Notes: generated by a model from the sequence alone, not told the origin. Positions 40,761 through 50,303 are shown, numbered from the stretch's first letter. The stretch is 64,000 bases of DNA from Candidatus Shapirobacteria bacterium (GCA_041661765.1 JBAZTV010000002.1:203279-267278), one strand, 5' to 3'. Made by a program: numbers and translations.

Positions 40761-41559
40761 TATTTCCAAAAAAGACATCGAATCAGGTAAAGAAATAATT
40801 GAAAAATTATCCAAATTAAATCCTAAACTCTTACCCCATTTTTTAAAAGACATTGTTCCCGATTACAAAAAATTTTTACCTCATCCTCATAAATATGGCC
40901 TTTGGTCATCCACCAAAACAAAAAATCTAAAATTCAACCAAAAGTACGACAAAATTTTATTATTGATTTCGGGAATCACTGCCAGCGGTAAAGATGCTCT
41001 CCATCAAGAAATGAAAAAAAAGGCTCCAAATTTATTTTCCAAATCAGTCACCGCCACCTCTCGTCCACCCCGAAAAGACGAAATCCATAAACAGGATTAT
41101 TATTTTTATGAAAACCACCAAGTTTTTCGTCAATCAATTAAAAATGGTGAATTCTTAGAATTTATCAAAAGGGGAGAAACTTATTACGGTCTTCCCAAAA
41201 AAAGTTTAGAAAATTCAATTAATCACCCTAATCCGGTAATTTTTTCCCAAATTGAAATGAGTGGCTGGGCCAAAACCGAAAGACATATTTCCAAAGTCAA
41301 TCCAAATATTTTTGTCCTTAAAATATTCATCCTCCCTGAAATGAATTTTTCCGATTACAAAAAATGGTTAGTGGAAAAAAGAAGCGACAATGATCTAGAA
41401 TCTCGTCTTAAAAAAACCGGTTGGGAAATTAAAAAAGCACCAAAAAAAGCCGACTTTATTATTACTAATCGAATTGAAGAAAATACTAATTCTCTCAATC
41501 TCACTGCCCAAACCATTATTAATCAAATAACTGATTTATTAAAAGATTCTGTTAAATAA
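40750..41559 (+). CDS. Guanylate kinase-like nucleotide kinase with N-terminal extension and atypical P-loop
   Basis: Core SVTATSRPPRKDEIHKQDYYFYENHQVFRQSIKNGEFLEFIKRGETYYGLPKKS matches the GMK signature region. The P-loop reads SGITASGKD instead of GPSGxGKST. 269 aa. Confidence 0.5.
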   Translation: MKSNISKKDIESGKEIIEKLSKLNPKLLPHFLKDIVPDYKKFLPHPHKYGLWSSTKTKNLKFNQKYDKILLLISGITASGKDALHQEMKKKAPNLFSKSVTATSRPPRKDEIHKQDYYFYENHQVFRQSIKNGEFLEFIKRGETYYGLPKKSLENSINHPNPVIFSQIEMSGWAKTERHISKVNPNIFVLKIFILPEMNFSDYKKWLVEKRSDNDLESRLKKTGWEIKKAPKKADFIITNRIEENTNSLNLTAQTIINQITDLLKDSVK

Positions 41560-42006
41560 TTATTTACTTTGTTTATTGTGTTCAATCAAAGCTTCTATTC
41601 TTTGCCAAGTATAATTAGGCAATTCATTTTTCATTTTTACCATTTCATCTAAAGTTAACCATCTAATTTCTTCCTGGTCTTCCAATGGTTGTGCCTCACC
41701 TGATTTGTAATAACACAGAAAAGTCATCATAATTACATGGTGACCACTAACTCGGATAAAACCATCGTTATAAATAAACTCAACATAATCTTCTATTTCT
41801 AATCCAACCTCTTCTATTATTTCCCGTTTTAAGGCATTTTCAATAATATCTTTTCCAACTTCATCGTCCAATTTTCCACCAGGAAAACTCCATTGGCCTC
41901 CAGCCTGAGGATCATCAAAACTTCTTCTCGCTAATAAATATTTATCACCCCTTTTAACTATCCCCGTAACCGCAACCACATGTGTCTTAATATCATTTTC
42001 TTCCAT
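41560..42006 (-). CDS. NUDIX hydrolase
   Basis: Nudix box GGKLDDEVGKDIIENALKREIIEEVGL. Confidence 0.7.
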   Translation of the reverse strand: MEENDIKTHVVAVTGIVKRGDKYLLARRSFDDPQAGGQWSFPGGKLDDEVGKDIIENALKREIIEEVGLEIEDYVEFIYNDGFIRVSGHHVIMMTFLCYYKSGEAQPLEDQEEIRWLTLDEMVKMKNELPNYTWQRIEALIEHNKQSK

Positions 42007-42008
42007 TG

Positions 42009-42079
42009 AGCGGGTAGGGGGAATCGGACCCCCGCCGAAAGATTGGAAATCTCTCGTTCTACCACTAAACTATACCCGC
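42009..42079 (-). tRNA. tRNA-Gly (anticodon TCC)
   Basis: GCGGGTA acceptor, anticodon loop TTTCCAA, T-arm GGGGG-TCCGATT-CCCCC. Confidence 0.75.
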
Positions 42080-42147
42080 ATTCAAACTCAATTTTACACC
42101 ATACTACGGGTACCTTCAATCTTTTATTAAGTGGAGTAAAATGAATT

Positions 42148-42432
42148 ATGGCAAAAAATATTATTTTTGGTCTGCTTTTTATTTTTACTGGTTATGTTTC
42201 CGGAAGAATCGGTCATTTAATTGGAGGAACATCTCTTAGTCCCCACCATTGGATCTATGGATTGATAATAATGATAATTGGATTTATCTTACATCGAAAA
42301 TACCACAAATTATATTTTTTAATCGGTTTTTTTGGAATAGGTGTTTTTATTAGCGATCTTAATGATTTTTTAAATCTTCAATTTTATGGTGTCGATACCG
42401 TTAGTAAGTTTACTTTTTGGAATATAGATTAA
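42148..42432 (+). CDS. Small membrane protein
   Basis: ORF with three hydrophobic helices. Confidence 0.35.
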   Translation: MAKNIIFGLLFIFTGYVSGRIGHLIGGTSLSPHHWIYGLIIMIIGFILHRKYHKLYFLIGFFGIGVFISDLNDFLNLQFYGVDTVSKFTFWNID

Positions 42433-42435
42433 ATT

Positions 42436-43125
42436 ATGTTCAATAAGATTCTTACGATAATAAATATTTGTCTTCTTGGTTTTTTTATCTACATTTACTC
42501 AAAGTCTAACTTAATTTCTTACTTTCGACCCACCACCACTTCTTCTTATTTTATAGAGAAGCAAACTCTTTTTGATAATTTACCCCAATCCACAAATTCT
42601 ATTTATTTTTTAGGTGACAGTCTCACTGATGGTTGTGAATGGAACGAATTATTATCAAACCCAAAAATAAAAAACAGAGGAATAATGGGCGATTCCACCC
42701 AAGGAATATTAAATCGACTCAACCAAATAACCCAATCAAAACCCCAAAAAATATTTATTATGGTCGGAATAAATGATTTACTCAATAATATTGAAACAAT
42801 AAAAATTTTAAATAATTATCAAAAAATCATTACAACTATTAGAGCCGACTCTCCAAAAACTAAAATTTATATAGAAAGTGTTTTACCAATAAATTTTGAA
42901 ATAGATAAAACAAAATATGGAATTAATAATCAGAATATTTCCGATTTTAATAAAAACTTAAAGAATTTAGCCGATAATTCCAATATTTTTTATATCGACC
43001 TTTATCCCTCTTTTTTAGACTCATCTAATCAACTAGACAAACAATATACTCTAGATGGTATTCATTTAAACGGACAAGGTTATTTAATTTGGAAAAAAGA
43101 AGTCTCTAAATATATTGATAAATAA
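42436..43125 (+). CDS. SGNH/GDSL hydrolase (lipase/acylesterase)
   Basis: GDSL block FLGDSLTDG and block V DGIHLN. N-terminal TM or signal segment. Confidence 0.7.
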   Translation: MFNKILTIINICLLGFFIYIYSKSNLISYFRPTTTSSYFIEKQTLFDNLPQSTNSIYFLGDSLTDGCEWNELLSNPKIKNRGIMGDSTQGILNRLNQITQSKPQKIFIMVGINDLLNNIETIKILNNYQKIITTIRADSPKTKIYIESVLPINFEIDKTKYGINNQNISDFNKNLKNLADNSNIFYIDLYPSFLDSSNQLDKQYTLDGIHLNGQGYLIWKKEVSKYIDK

Positions 43126-43127
43126 AG

Positions 43128-43201
43128 TCGGGGATACAGGATTCGAACCTGCAACCTCATGGTCCCAAACCATGCACGCTAGCCAATTGCGCCAATCCCC
43201 G
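43128..43201 (-). tRNA. tRNA-Pro (anticodon TGG)
   Basis: CGGGGAT acceptor, anticodon stem-loop CATGG-TTTGGGA-CCATG, T-loop TTCGAAT. Confidence 0.8.
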
Positions 43202-43220
43202 TTTAAACTATTAGAAGCCG

Positions 43221-43264
43221 CCCTGTCAAGGGAGGTGGCCCCGCGGCGCGGGGCCGGAGGGTTT
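43221..43264 (+). repeat. GC-rich palindromic element, family 1 copy E (intergenic, between tRNA-Pro and tRNA-Leu)
   Basis: CCCT-GTCA-AGGG hairpin, then a perfect 9-bp GC hairpin GGCCCCGCG-G-CGCGGGGCC (43237-43255), then a GGAGGGTTTGTG tail. Compare copies A-D and F. Confidence 0.6.
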
Positions 43265-43265
43265 G

Positions 43266-43350
43266 TGCCGCTGGCGGGGGTCGAACCCACACGCTTTTTG
43301 AGAGCACAAGATTTTAAGTCTTGCGTGTATACCAATTTCACCACAGCGGC
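43266..43350 (-). tRNA. tRNA-Leu (anticodon TAA)
   Basis: Type II tRNA, 85 nt. Anticodon stem-loop CAAGA-CTTAAAA-TCTTG. GCCGCTG acceptor. Confidence 0.7.
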
Positions 43351-43422
43351 TAAATGTGCTCTTATTATCTCACGAACATTTAAAAAAAATAAGTACTCTT
43401 TTTAATATTTAAAAATATGACT

Positions 43423-43480
43423 TCTCCCTTTTTTAAGGGGAGATGATCCCGCCGCGTCGGGATCAGAGAGGTTTTGTTTG
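43423..43480 (+). repeat. GC-rich palindromic element, family 1 copy F (intergenic, upstream of tgt)
   Basis: CTCCCTTTTTTAAGGGGAG hairpin, then the GATCCCG-CCGCGT-CGGGATC hairpin (43444-43463), then an AGAGAGGTTTTG tail. Same architecture as copies C and E. Confidence 0.5.
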
Positions 43481-43493
43481 TTATAATTACCCC

Positions 43494-44588
43494 ATGCTCA
43501 ACCAGCCCACCTTTATTCCAGTTGGCACTCAAGCCACCGTTAAATCATTAACCCCCGAAGAACTTGAAGCTATTGGCGTTGAAATATTTTTTTGCAACAC
43601 CTATCATCTCTATCTTCGCCCTGGAGACAAAGCCATTAAAAAATTCGGTGGACTTCATAAATTTACCCGATGGAACGGCCAATTAATCACTGACTCTGGT
43701 GGTTTTCAAGTTTTTTCTCTCGGCAAAGATCATCAAGGTGCCGGTTCTTTAATTAAAATTACCGAAGATGGTGTTGAATTTCGCTCTCACCTCGACGGTT
43801 CACTCCATTTTTTTACTCCTGAAAAATCAATTCAAATTCAACACAATTTAGCCGCCGAAAATATAATTGCCTTTGATGAATGTACTCCATATCCAGCAAC
43901 CAAAGAATATGCTCAAAAAGCTCTTGACCGCACTCATCGTTGGGCCACCAGATCTTTAATCGAACATAAAAAATTAAATAAAAAACTCAACCAAGATATA
44001 AAACTATACGGTGTTATTCAAGGCAGTTATTATAAAGATTTACGCCAACAATCGGCAGAATTTATTTGTTCTCAAGATTTTGATGGCATCGCCATCGGCG
44101 GAGTTTCTGTTGGTGAACCCAAAGATCAAATGCGAAAAGCTGTCAGTTGGGTTTTACCCACCATTTTAAAAACCAACAAACCAATTCACTTACTCGGTGT
44201 AGGTGAAGTTGATGATCTTTTTGAATTTTTTGGGCAGGGGATTACCTCAATGGACTGCACCCTTCCCACTCGAATGGCTCGCGGCGGTCAATTTTTACAT
44301 CGCACTGGTAATACTAAGTATGATTTAAAAAACAAATTTAAAAGTCAAATAATGCAATCAAAATACAAACTCGACCAAACTCAGCTCGACAAAGATTGTC
44401 AATGCCCCACCTGCCAAAAATATGACAAAGCTTACATCCATCATCTTTTTAAAACTCAAGAATTACTCGGCTATCGCTTAATGACTCTTCATAATATTTA
44501 TTTTATGACTCACACCACTCAACTCATTCGCGATGCTTTAAAAAATGGCACATTTGAAAAATTAAAAAAAGACTGGCTCGGAAGATAA
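43494..44588 (+). CDS. tgt: Queuine tRNA-ribosyltransferase
   Basis: LITDSGGFQVFSL and zinc site CQCPTCQKY...H. Start trimmed to the Met at 43494. Confidence 0.8.
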   Translation: MLNQPTFIPVGTQATVKSLTPEELEAIGVEIFFCNTYHLYLRPGDKAIKKFGGLHKFTRWNGQLITDSGGFQVFSLGKDHQGAGSLIKITEDGVEFRSHLDGSLHFFTPEKSIQIQHNLAAENIIAFDECTPYPATKEYAQKALDRTHRWATRSLIEHKKLNKKLNQDIKLYGVIQGSYYKDLRQQSAEFICSQDFDGIAIGGVSVGEPKDQMRKAVSWVLPTILKTNKPIHLLGVGEVDDLFEFFGQGITSMDCTLPTRMARGGQFLHRTGNTKYDLKNKFKSQIMQSKYKLDQTQLDKDCQCPTCQKYDKAYIHHLFKTQELLGYRLMTLHNIYFMTHTTQLIRDALKNGTFEKLKKDWLGR

Positions 44589-45482
44589 TTGTATAATACA
44601 TTTATGTCTAGAACAATTTTAGTTACTGGTGGCGCCGGTCACGTCGGCTCCCATATTATTGAACAACTCATTCAAAAAAACCCTCAAGATAAAATAATTT
44701 CCTTAGATAATTATTTTAATGGCAGTAAAGAAAATCACATTATTGGAGCTGAATATCGAGAAGGTCATACTAAAGATATTGATAAATTAATTCCTGAAAC
44801 ACCAGATATAGTGTTCCACTTAGGCGAATATGCCCGAGTTTCTCCATCTTTTAATGAACCAGAAAAAGTTTACGACATGAATATTGTCGGCACCTTTGCC
44901 GTAGTTGAATTTTGTCGCCAACGCAAAGTCGGTAAATTAGTTTATGCTGCATCTTCTACTAAATTTGCTATTGAAGGCGATGGGCGTCATCAAAATCCAT
45001 ATTCTTTTACTAAAGCCACCAATGTCGATCTTATCAACGATTATGGTCGTTGGTATAATTTACCCTACACCATTTGTTATTTTTACAATGCTTTTGGACC
45101 CAGGGAAAAAGGAGTTGGAACTTACGCAACTTTAATTGCTAAATTCGAACAGATTTATTTTAATGGAGAAGAATTTACTGTAGTAAAACCTGGAACTCAA
45201 AAACGTAATTTCACTTATGTGGGTGATTTAGCTAAAGGAATTATTTTAACCGCCGAAAAAGGCCATGGCGATGGTTATACATTAAAAAATACCAAAGAAT
45301 ATTCTATTATTGAAATTGCCGAAGCTTTTGGTGGACCAATAAAATATATAGATGGTTATCCAGGTCGAGCTGAATCAGGAGAAGCACCCAATAAAACACG
45401 TGAAGAACTTGGTTGGGAAACTACTGTCGATATAATTGACTATATCAAGGACTTTGTGGCCAAACATCCACGTCAAAAATGA
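44589..45482 (+). CDS. NAD-dependent epimerase/dehydratase (SDR family)
   Basis: ILVTGGAGHVGSHI Rossmann motif with an extended SDR fold. Confidence 0.65.
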   Translation: MYNTFMSRTILVTGGAGHVGSHIIEQLIQKNPQDKIISLDNYFNGSKENHIIGAEYREGHTKDIDKLIPETPDIVFHLGEYARVSPSFNEPEKVYDMNIVGTFAVVEFCRQRKVGKLVYAASSTKFAIEGDGRHQNPYSFTKATNVDLINDYGRWYNLPYTICYFYNAFGPREKGVGTYATLIAKFEQIYFNGEEFTVVKPGTQKRNFTYVGDLAKGIILTAEKGHGDGYTLKNTKEYSIIEIAEAFGGPIKYIDGYPGRAESGEAPNKTREELGWETTVDIIDYIKDFVAKHPRQK

Positions 45483-45588
45483 TATGATTACAATCATTTT
45501 AAAATAGTTTTATACAGTAAATATCTGTTAGCAGACACATAAATAGACTGCTAACAATCGCCATTAAAAAACTTTTACCTAAATTTCC

Positions 45589-46623
45589 ATGAAAAATAGC
45601 TCAAAAACATTCTTAAGTATCAACTTTGGCTGTCGTGTTAATTCAGCTGAAACTAATCAATGGTCCCAAATTCTAATTAATCAAGGACATACCCCTCTTG
45701 TCAAAGAGGGGCAGGGGAGATTGGATTTAATCTTAGTTAATACCTGTTCCATCACCAAAAAAGGAGATTTAGAATCACTTGGCAAAGTCCGATTCCTTCA
45801 TCAAAAATACCCACAGGCTAAAATTTTAGTTACTGGTTGTGCAAATCTTGAAAAAATAAAAAACATTCCCAATGTCTTTATTTATCAAAATAATCAAAAA
45901 GAAGAATTATTAAAAGACTTAAATTCTTCTTATACTCCAAAAATAAAAGACAAATTTAGCCACACCAATCGTTTTTTATTAAAAATTCAATCAGGTTGCA
46001 CTCAATTTTGCTCCTATTGTATCGTCCCTTTTAGGCGCCAAAATTTATGGTCTCTAGAAATAAATAAAGCAGTTGAAACTGTTCAAAAAGCAATTAAAGA
46101 TGGCTATCAAGAAATTATTATTACCGGAGTTAATATTGATCAATACCAATATAATTTTTCTGATCTAATTAAAAACATATTAGAACAAACTGATGTAAAA
46201 TTAATTAGTTTTGGATCTATTCCTTTAAATTGCATTGACCAAAAATTTATTAATTTACTTAAAAAATACCCCAACAGAATTTCCAATTTTCTCCACATTC
46301 CCATTCAATCCAGCTCCAACAAAATCCTCAAACTCATGAACCGCCCTTATGACTCCAAAAAAATTATAAATACTTTTAATAAACTAAAAAAATTACCTCT
46401 CTCCTTCGGAACCGACATCATTGTTGGCTTTCCTACTGAAACTGAAGATGATTTTCAAAATACTCTTAAAGTTTGTAAAAACATTGGTTTTTCCAAAATT
46501 CACACTTTTAAATATTCACCTCGTCCCAACACTAAAGCTAAAATTATCCACAACACCAATCCTAAAATTTCCAAAGAGACATTAAAATCTCGTTCCCAAC
46601 AAATCCGAGATCTCATAAAATAA
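45589..46623 (+). CDS. Radical SAM methylthiotransferase, MiaB/MtaB-like (no obvious TRAM domain)
   Basis: UPF0004 N-terminus (INFGCRVNSAETNQW...LILVNTC) and radical SAM CxxxCxxC (SGCTQFCSYC). Contains family 1 element copy A in-frame. Confidence 0.65.
   Translation: MKNSSKTFLSINFGCRVNSAETNQWSQILINQGHTPLVKEGQGRLDLILVNTCSITKKGDLESLGKVRFLHQKYPQAKILVTGCANLEKIKNIPNVFIYQNNQKEELLKDLNSSYTPKIKDKFSHTNRFLLKIQSGCTQFCSYCIVPFRRQNLWSLEINKAVETVQKAIKDGYQEIIITGVNIDQYQYNFSDLIKNILEQTDVKLISFGSIPLNCIDQKFINLLKKYPNRISNFLHIPIQSSSNKILKLMNRPYDSKKIINTFNKLKKLPLSFGTDIIVGFPTETEDDFQNTLKVCKNIGFSKIHTFKYSPRPNTKAKIIHNTNPKISKETLKSRSQQIRDLIK
45692..45728 (+). repeat. GC-rich palindromic element, family 1 copy A (in-frame in the miaB-like gene; encodes PLVKEGQGRLD)
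   Basis: CCCCTCTT-GTCA-AAGAGGGG followed by CAGGGGAGATTGGATTT. Confidence 0.65.
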
Positions 46624-46676
46624 AAAATTTCTGATAAACTAGCTCCAATTAGTAATTTTCACCAATTTTTATAACT

Positions 46677-46979
46677 ATGTCTTTGGAAATTGAATATAAT
46701 CAAAAAAAATACCAGGCTACTATTAAAGAACCTATAATTTTTGATGATCCATTCAATGGAGTCCATTTAAGAGCTTTTGGGCATAAAAACGGCGGTTATA
46801 TCAGCATATCTAATGCCAAACCAGAGGGTCAAAAAAATGGACCCAAATATTGTGAAGTTGGTTTTTATGCAAAAACCCAAAATAATAATCCAACTAATTT
46901 CATTGAAGAATTTATGGGTCGAGAAAAACCTTTTATCATAAAAATAGAAGCCACATATCAAAAACCCAAAAAAAAATAA
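46677..46979 (+). CDS. Hypothetical protein
   Basis: ORF only. Confidence 0.4.
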   Translation: MSLEIEYNQKKYQATIKEPIIFDDPFNGVHLRAFGHKNGGYISISNAKPEGQKNGPKYCEVGFYAKTQNNNPTNFIEEFMGREKPFIIKIEATYQKPKKK

Positions 46980-47105
46980 ATAATTTAAATAACCCGGTTT
47001 ACAAATCTATTTTATAGAACTAAAATACGCTTACATTTTTCCACGTTTTTAATTTAGATAAGAAACATGGTTAATTATTTATTTGTTTTTAAAATAATTA
47101 AAACT

Positions 47106-47393
47106 ATGGCCCCAATTTCTATTCAAATAGAAGGTATATATGGTTTAGAAAACCATATCATTAAACTCAATAACGGAGAAACAATTGTTAGAAACGTGAA
47201 ACGTACCAACTTAGACTTTGCAGGTAAAAATGAAAACGACAGTGGTCGCTTATTAGCTATAACTGATTTTAAAAAACCCACAGAAAATAAAATAGATCTA
47301 ACTGTAAATAGGGGAGAGACACAATCAGGTGAAATTGATTATCGTCAAGACAATACAATCAAAAGAGCAAAAATTACAATTACTAGTATCTAG
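47106..47393 (+). CDS. Small hypothetical protein, paralog 1 (N-terminus MAPI...)
   Basis: Trimmed to the Met at 47106. Shares an MAPI N-terminus and a VNRGETQSGEI / VNPGETVEKTS segment with the next ORF. Confidence 0.35.
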   Translation: MAPISIQIEGIYGLENHIIKLNNGETIVRNVKRTNLDFAGKNENDSGRLLAITDFKKPTENKIDLTVNRGETQSGEIDYRQDNTIKRAKITITSI

Positions 47394-47397
47394 AATT

Positions 47398-47667
47398 ATG
47401 GCCCCAATAGAAGGATTCATTTCATCTCCAACATTTCAAAAAAAAATATTAGCCGAAAACAATCAACAAAAACATCTTCGTATTTACGACTTAGATGTCA
47501 ATTTTAAAGGTAATGAAATTGGTGGAGATGCATATATTAAATACGGTTCTCAGTCAAAACCAAAAAGGATTCACGTCAACCCAGGTGAAACTGTCGAAAA
47601 AACCTCTAAAATTGTCGCTAAAAAAGGTATCATACAAGAAGTCAAAATGCGATTTACAGGCAAATAA
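47398..47667 (+). CDS. Small hypothetical protein, paralog 2 (N-terminus MAPI...)
   Basis: Starts 5 nt after the stop of paralog 1; both begin ATGGCCCCAAT. Confidence 0.35.
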   Translation: MAPIEGFISSPTFQKKILAENNQQKHLRIYDLDVNFKGNEIGGDAYIKYGSQSKPKRIHVNPGETVEKTSKIVAKKGIIQEVKMRFTGK

Positions 47668-48765
47668 TTATCTCCCAAAATACACTTCCATCTCATCAAA
47701 CACTTGAAAAGTAAATGAAACTTCCTGTCCCGGAAATCTTGCATTTTTACCCCAAATATAGGATTTATTAACATCATCTCTCATTTGATTTGAAATTCTT
47801 TTTAAAACATCATCCAATGTACAATTATTTTTAAAAATTAATGGATCTTTATAATCTGCCTCTGCTGACCTTTCTTCTTTTAAATAAACTCTTACTAACC
47901 CTAACCCTTTCCATATTTTTTCTTTAAAATCATCAACTCCCACCCCTCTATTTGCATTCATTAACACCAAGTCCCTCTTGTCAAAGAGGGATTTAGGGAG
48001 ATTTTTAATTAAATCAATTTTTGTCACTACTTCCACTGACGGCATATATTTTATTGACTTTGACATAGCATCAACCAATTTATCAATTCCTTCGACTTTT
48101 TCACCTATTTGAATAATTGCATTACCTAAACCCATTTCTTTAGCAACTTCTGTCACTGTTTCTTTTTCAAAAGATTTATATGGATCAATTACCTGAATTG
48201 ACCCTTTATGTGTCCTGTGAATTGAAATTTTAGATGGCCTGGTATTTAACCTCATTCCTGATCTATAAAGCTCATCTTCCACTTGTTTCAACCATTGAAT
48301 CCTTTTAATATCAGTCATTAAAACTACTAAATCACTAGCTCTTATAACTGATAAAACTTTTTTTCCAAAACCTTTATTTTTAGCTGCACCTTCAATAATT
48401 CCCGGCAAATCCAAAATCTGAATTTTAACTCCCTTATATTCCATCATTCCCGGTACCACTCCCAAGGTTGTAAAGTCATAATTTCCAACTCTCGACTCAG
48501 CATTTGTCACCGCATTCAATAAAGTCGATTTACCCACACTTGGCAACCCCACCAACACCACTGAAGCATCACCTGAATGTTTAATTGCATATCCAACACC
48601 ACCGCCACCACCTTTTAAATTACCACCATTTAACTCATCATTAAGTTTGGCTAATCTAGCTTTCATTATTCCATGGTGATGTTCCGTCCCTTTATGGTAC
48701 GGCAAATCCCGAACTTCCTTCTCTATTCGAGAAATCTGCATTTTAATAATTTCTTCCTTAGTCAT
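47668..48765 (-). CDS. Obg/DRG-family GTPase with C-terminal TGS-like domain
   Basis: G1 LVGLPSVGKSTLLN, G3 DLPGIIEGA, and a C-terminal RVYLK TGS-like region. Contains family 1 element copy B in-frame, in reverse orientation. Confidence 0.65.
   Translation of the reverse strand: MTKEEIIKMQISRIEKEVRDLPYHKGTEHHHGIMKARLAKLNDELNGGNLKGGGGGVGYAIKHSGDASVVLVGLPSVGKSTLLNAVTNAESRVGNYDFTTLGVVPGMMEYKGVKIQILDLPGIIEGAAKNKGFGKKVLSVIRASDLVVLMTDIKRIQWLKQVEDELYRSGMRLNTRPSKISIHRTHKGSIQVIDPYKSFEKETVTEVAKEMGLGNAIIQIGEKVEGIDKLVDAMSKSIKYMPSVEVVTKIDLIKNLPKSLFDKRDLVLMNANRGVGVDDFKEKIWKGLGLVRVYLKEERSAEADYKDPLIFKNNCTLDDVLKRISNQMRDDVNKSYIWGKNARFPGQEVSFTFQVFDEMEVYFGR
47973..48006 (+). repeat. GC-rich palindromic element, family 1 copy B (in-frame within the minus-strand GTPase gene; encodes KSLFDKRD)
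   Basis: CCCTCTT-GTCA-AAGAGGG followed by ATTTAGGGAGATTTTT. The 18-mer is identical to copy A. Confidence 0.65.
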
Positions 48766-48789
48766 TTGTTAGAATAAGAGCTATAAACT

Positions 48790-49776
48790 ATGTTTTTAAT
48801 ACTTTTATTAGTTTTTAGTCTTTTTTTTAATAGCCCTATTTTAGCATCTGATAACACCTTTGGTCTTCATCTCTCTCAAACAGAAGATATCCATTCTGCC
48901 ACCAAAATTATCAATTCCCAAAACGGTGATTGGGGCTGGGCAACTGTCGTTATTCAAACAAACAATTTAAATAAAAATACCTGGCAAGATTTTTTCGATA
49001 ATTGCCGAAAATACCATATAATTCCCATTATCAGAATCACTACTATCGGTGAAGATGAAAATTGGAAAATTCCAGATTATTCCGATATTGACCACATCGT
49101 TTCCTTTTTAAATTCTCTAAATTGGCCAACCCAGGAACAACATGTTGTCTTATTTAATGAAATAAATCATGGATCAGAATGGGGAGGGGAAGTTAATATA
49201 AAAGATTTTGTCGATAAAAGTTCCTATATTGCCAAAAAATTTAAAGAGGCTAATTCAAATTTTTTTATTCTTTCTTGCGGTCTGGATCTAGTTGCCCCAG
49301 AAGAACCACCAAAATACAAATCAGCCGAAAATGTTTATAGAGAAATTGTTTCCTTTAATCCAAGTTATTTTGACAACATTGATGGATTAGCCTCCCATTC
49401 CTACCCTAACGATGGTTTTGTTGGTACTCCCAATGATACCGGTCAACACAGTATTCGTGGTTATCAATGGGAATTAGATTTATTAAAACAACTTGGTGTT
49501 AATAAAGATTTACCAGTATTTATCACCGAAACTGGCTGGCCCCATCGAGAAGGAATCGAGAACCAAAATAATTTTTATACCACCAAAACCACTGCCAATT
49601 TTTTAATCGAAGCCATTACTAATGTTTGGTCTCCAGATTCTAGAATTAAAGCCATAACTCCTTTTATTTACAATTACTCTCAAGAACCATTCGATCATTT
49701 TTCCTGGCTCGATGAAAATAATAATCTTTATTCTGAGTATCAACAACTAATAGACTTACAAAAAAAAACAAAATGA
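48790..49776 (+). CDS. Secreted glycoside hydrolase, clan GH-A (GH5-like)
   Basis: Signal peptide. NEINHGSEW (acid/base NE) and FITETGWPH (nucleophile TETGW). Confidence 0.5.
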   Translation: MFLILLLVFSLFFNSPILASDNTFGLHLSQTEDIHSATKIINSQNGDWGWATVVIQTNNLNKNTWQDFFDNCRKYHIIPIIRITTIGEDENWKIPDYSDIDHIVSFLNSLNWPTQEQHVVLFNEINHGSEWGGEVNIKDFVDKSSYIAKKFKEANSNFFILSCGLDLVAPEEPPKYKSAENVYREIVSFNPSYFDNIDGLASHSYPNDGFVGTPNDTGQHSIRGYQWELDLLKQLGVNKDLPVFITETGWPHREGIENQNNFYTTKTTANFLIEAITNVWSPDSRIKAITPFIYNYSQEPFDHFSWLDENNNLYSEYQQLIDLQKKTK

Positions 49777-50221
49777 ACCAAAACAAATATTAAGTTATCA
49801 ACTTGAAAAAATAAATCTACCTCTCTTAATTCTCGAAAAAAAAACTTACGACGGCGAAATTATTTTAAAAAATACCGGTCAATCAATTTGGGGTGAAAAA
49901 AGATTTTGTCTAATTTCAAAATCCAGCCCAAATATCACCACTTCAGAAATTTGTAGTGACAATAATCTCACTCTTCCTGGTCAATATAAAATCTTCAAAT
50001 TTAAATTTATTATTAATACAGTTGATAATTATGAGGGCCAAACCTATCTCTCCTGGGGTGATTTAAATAATTTTGAAATTCAAAAATTCACTAAAGAATC
50101 TATACTTTATCATCCAAAAGAAAACTTCTTCCAAAAAATTATAAACTCATTCAAAGCATTTGTAGTCCACGCCATTGAGCAAAAGTAGATTAGTATTAAA
50201 ATAAAAAAATTCTTTAATTAA

Positions 50222-50303
50222 GTGCCGCAGAGAGGACTTGAACCTCCATGGGTTTCCCCACACGGTCCTAAGCCGTGCTTGTATACCAATTTCAACACTG
50301 CGG
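50222..50303 (-). tRNA. tRNA-Leu (anticodon TAG)
   Basis: Type II tRNA, 82 nt. Anticodon stem-loop CACGG-CTTAGGA-CCGTG. Confidence 0.8.

Noticed and set aside
43084-43405. Track ORFs 43084..43344 (-) and 43115..43405 (+), with GC-rich translations.
   Set aside because: Both run through tRNA-Pro, the GC-hairpin element and tRNA-Leu(TAA). They are open only because of GC-rich RNA genes.
45523-45556. Hairpin CTGTTAGCAG...CTGCTAACA between the epimerase gene and the miaB-like gene, as a possible terminator.
   Set aside because: No T-run follows and it occurs only once. It is likely an incidental palindrome or a weak attenuator. I did not call it.
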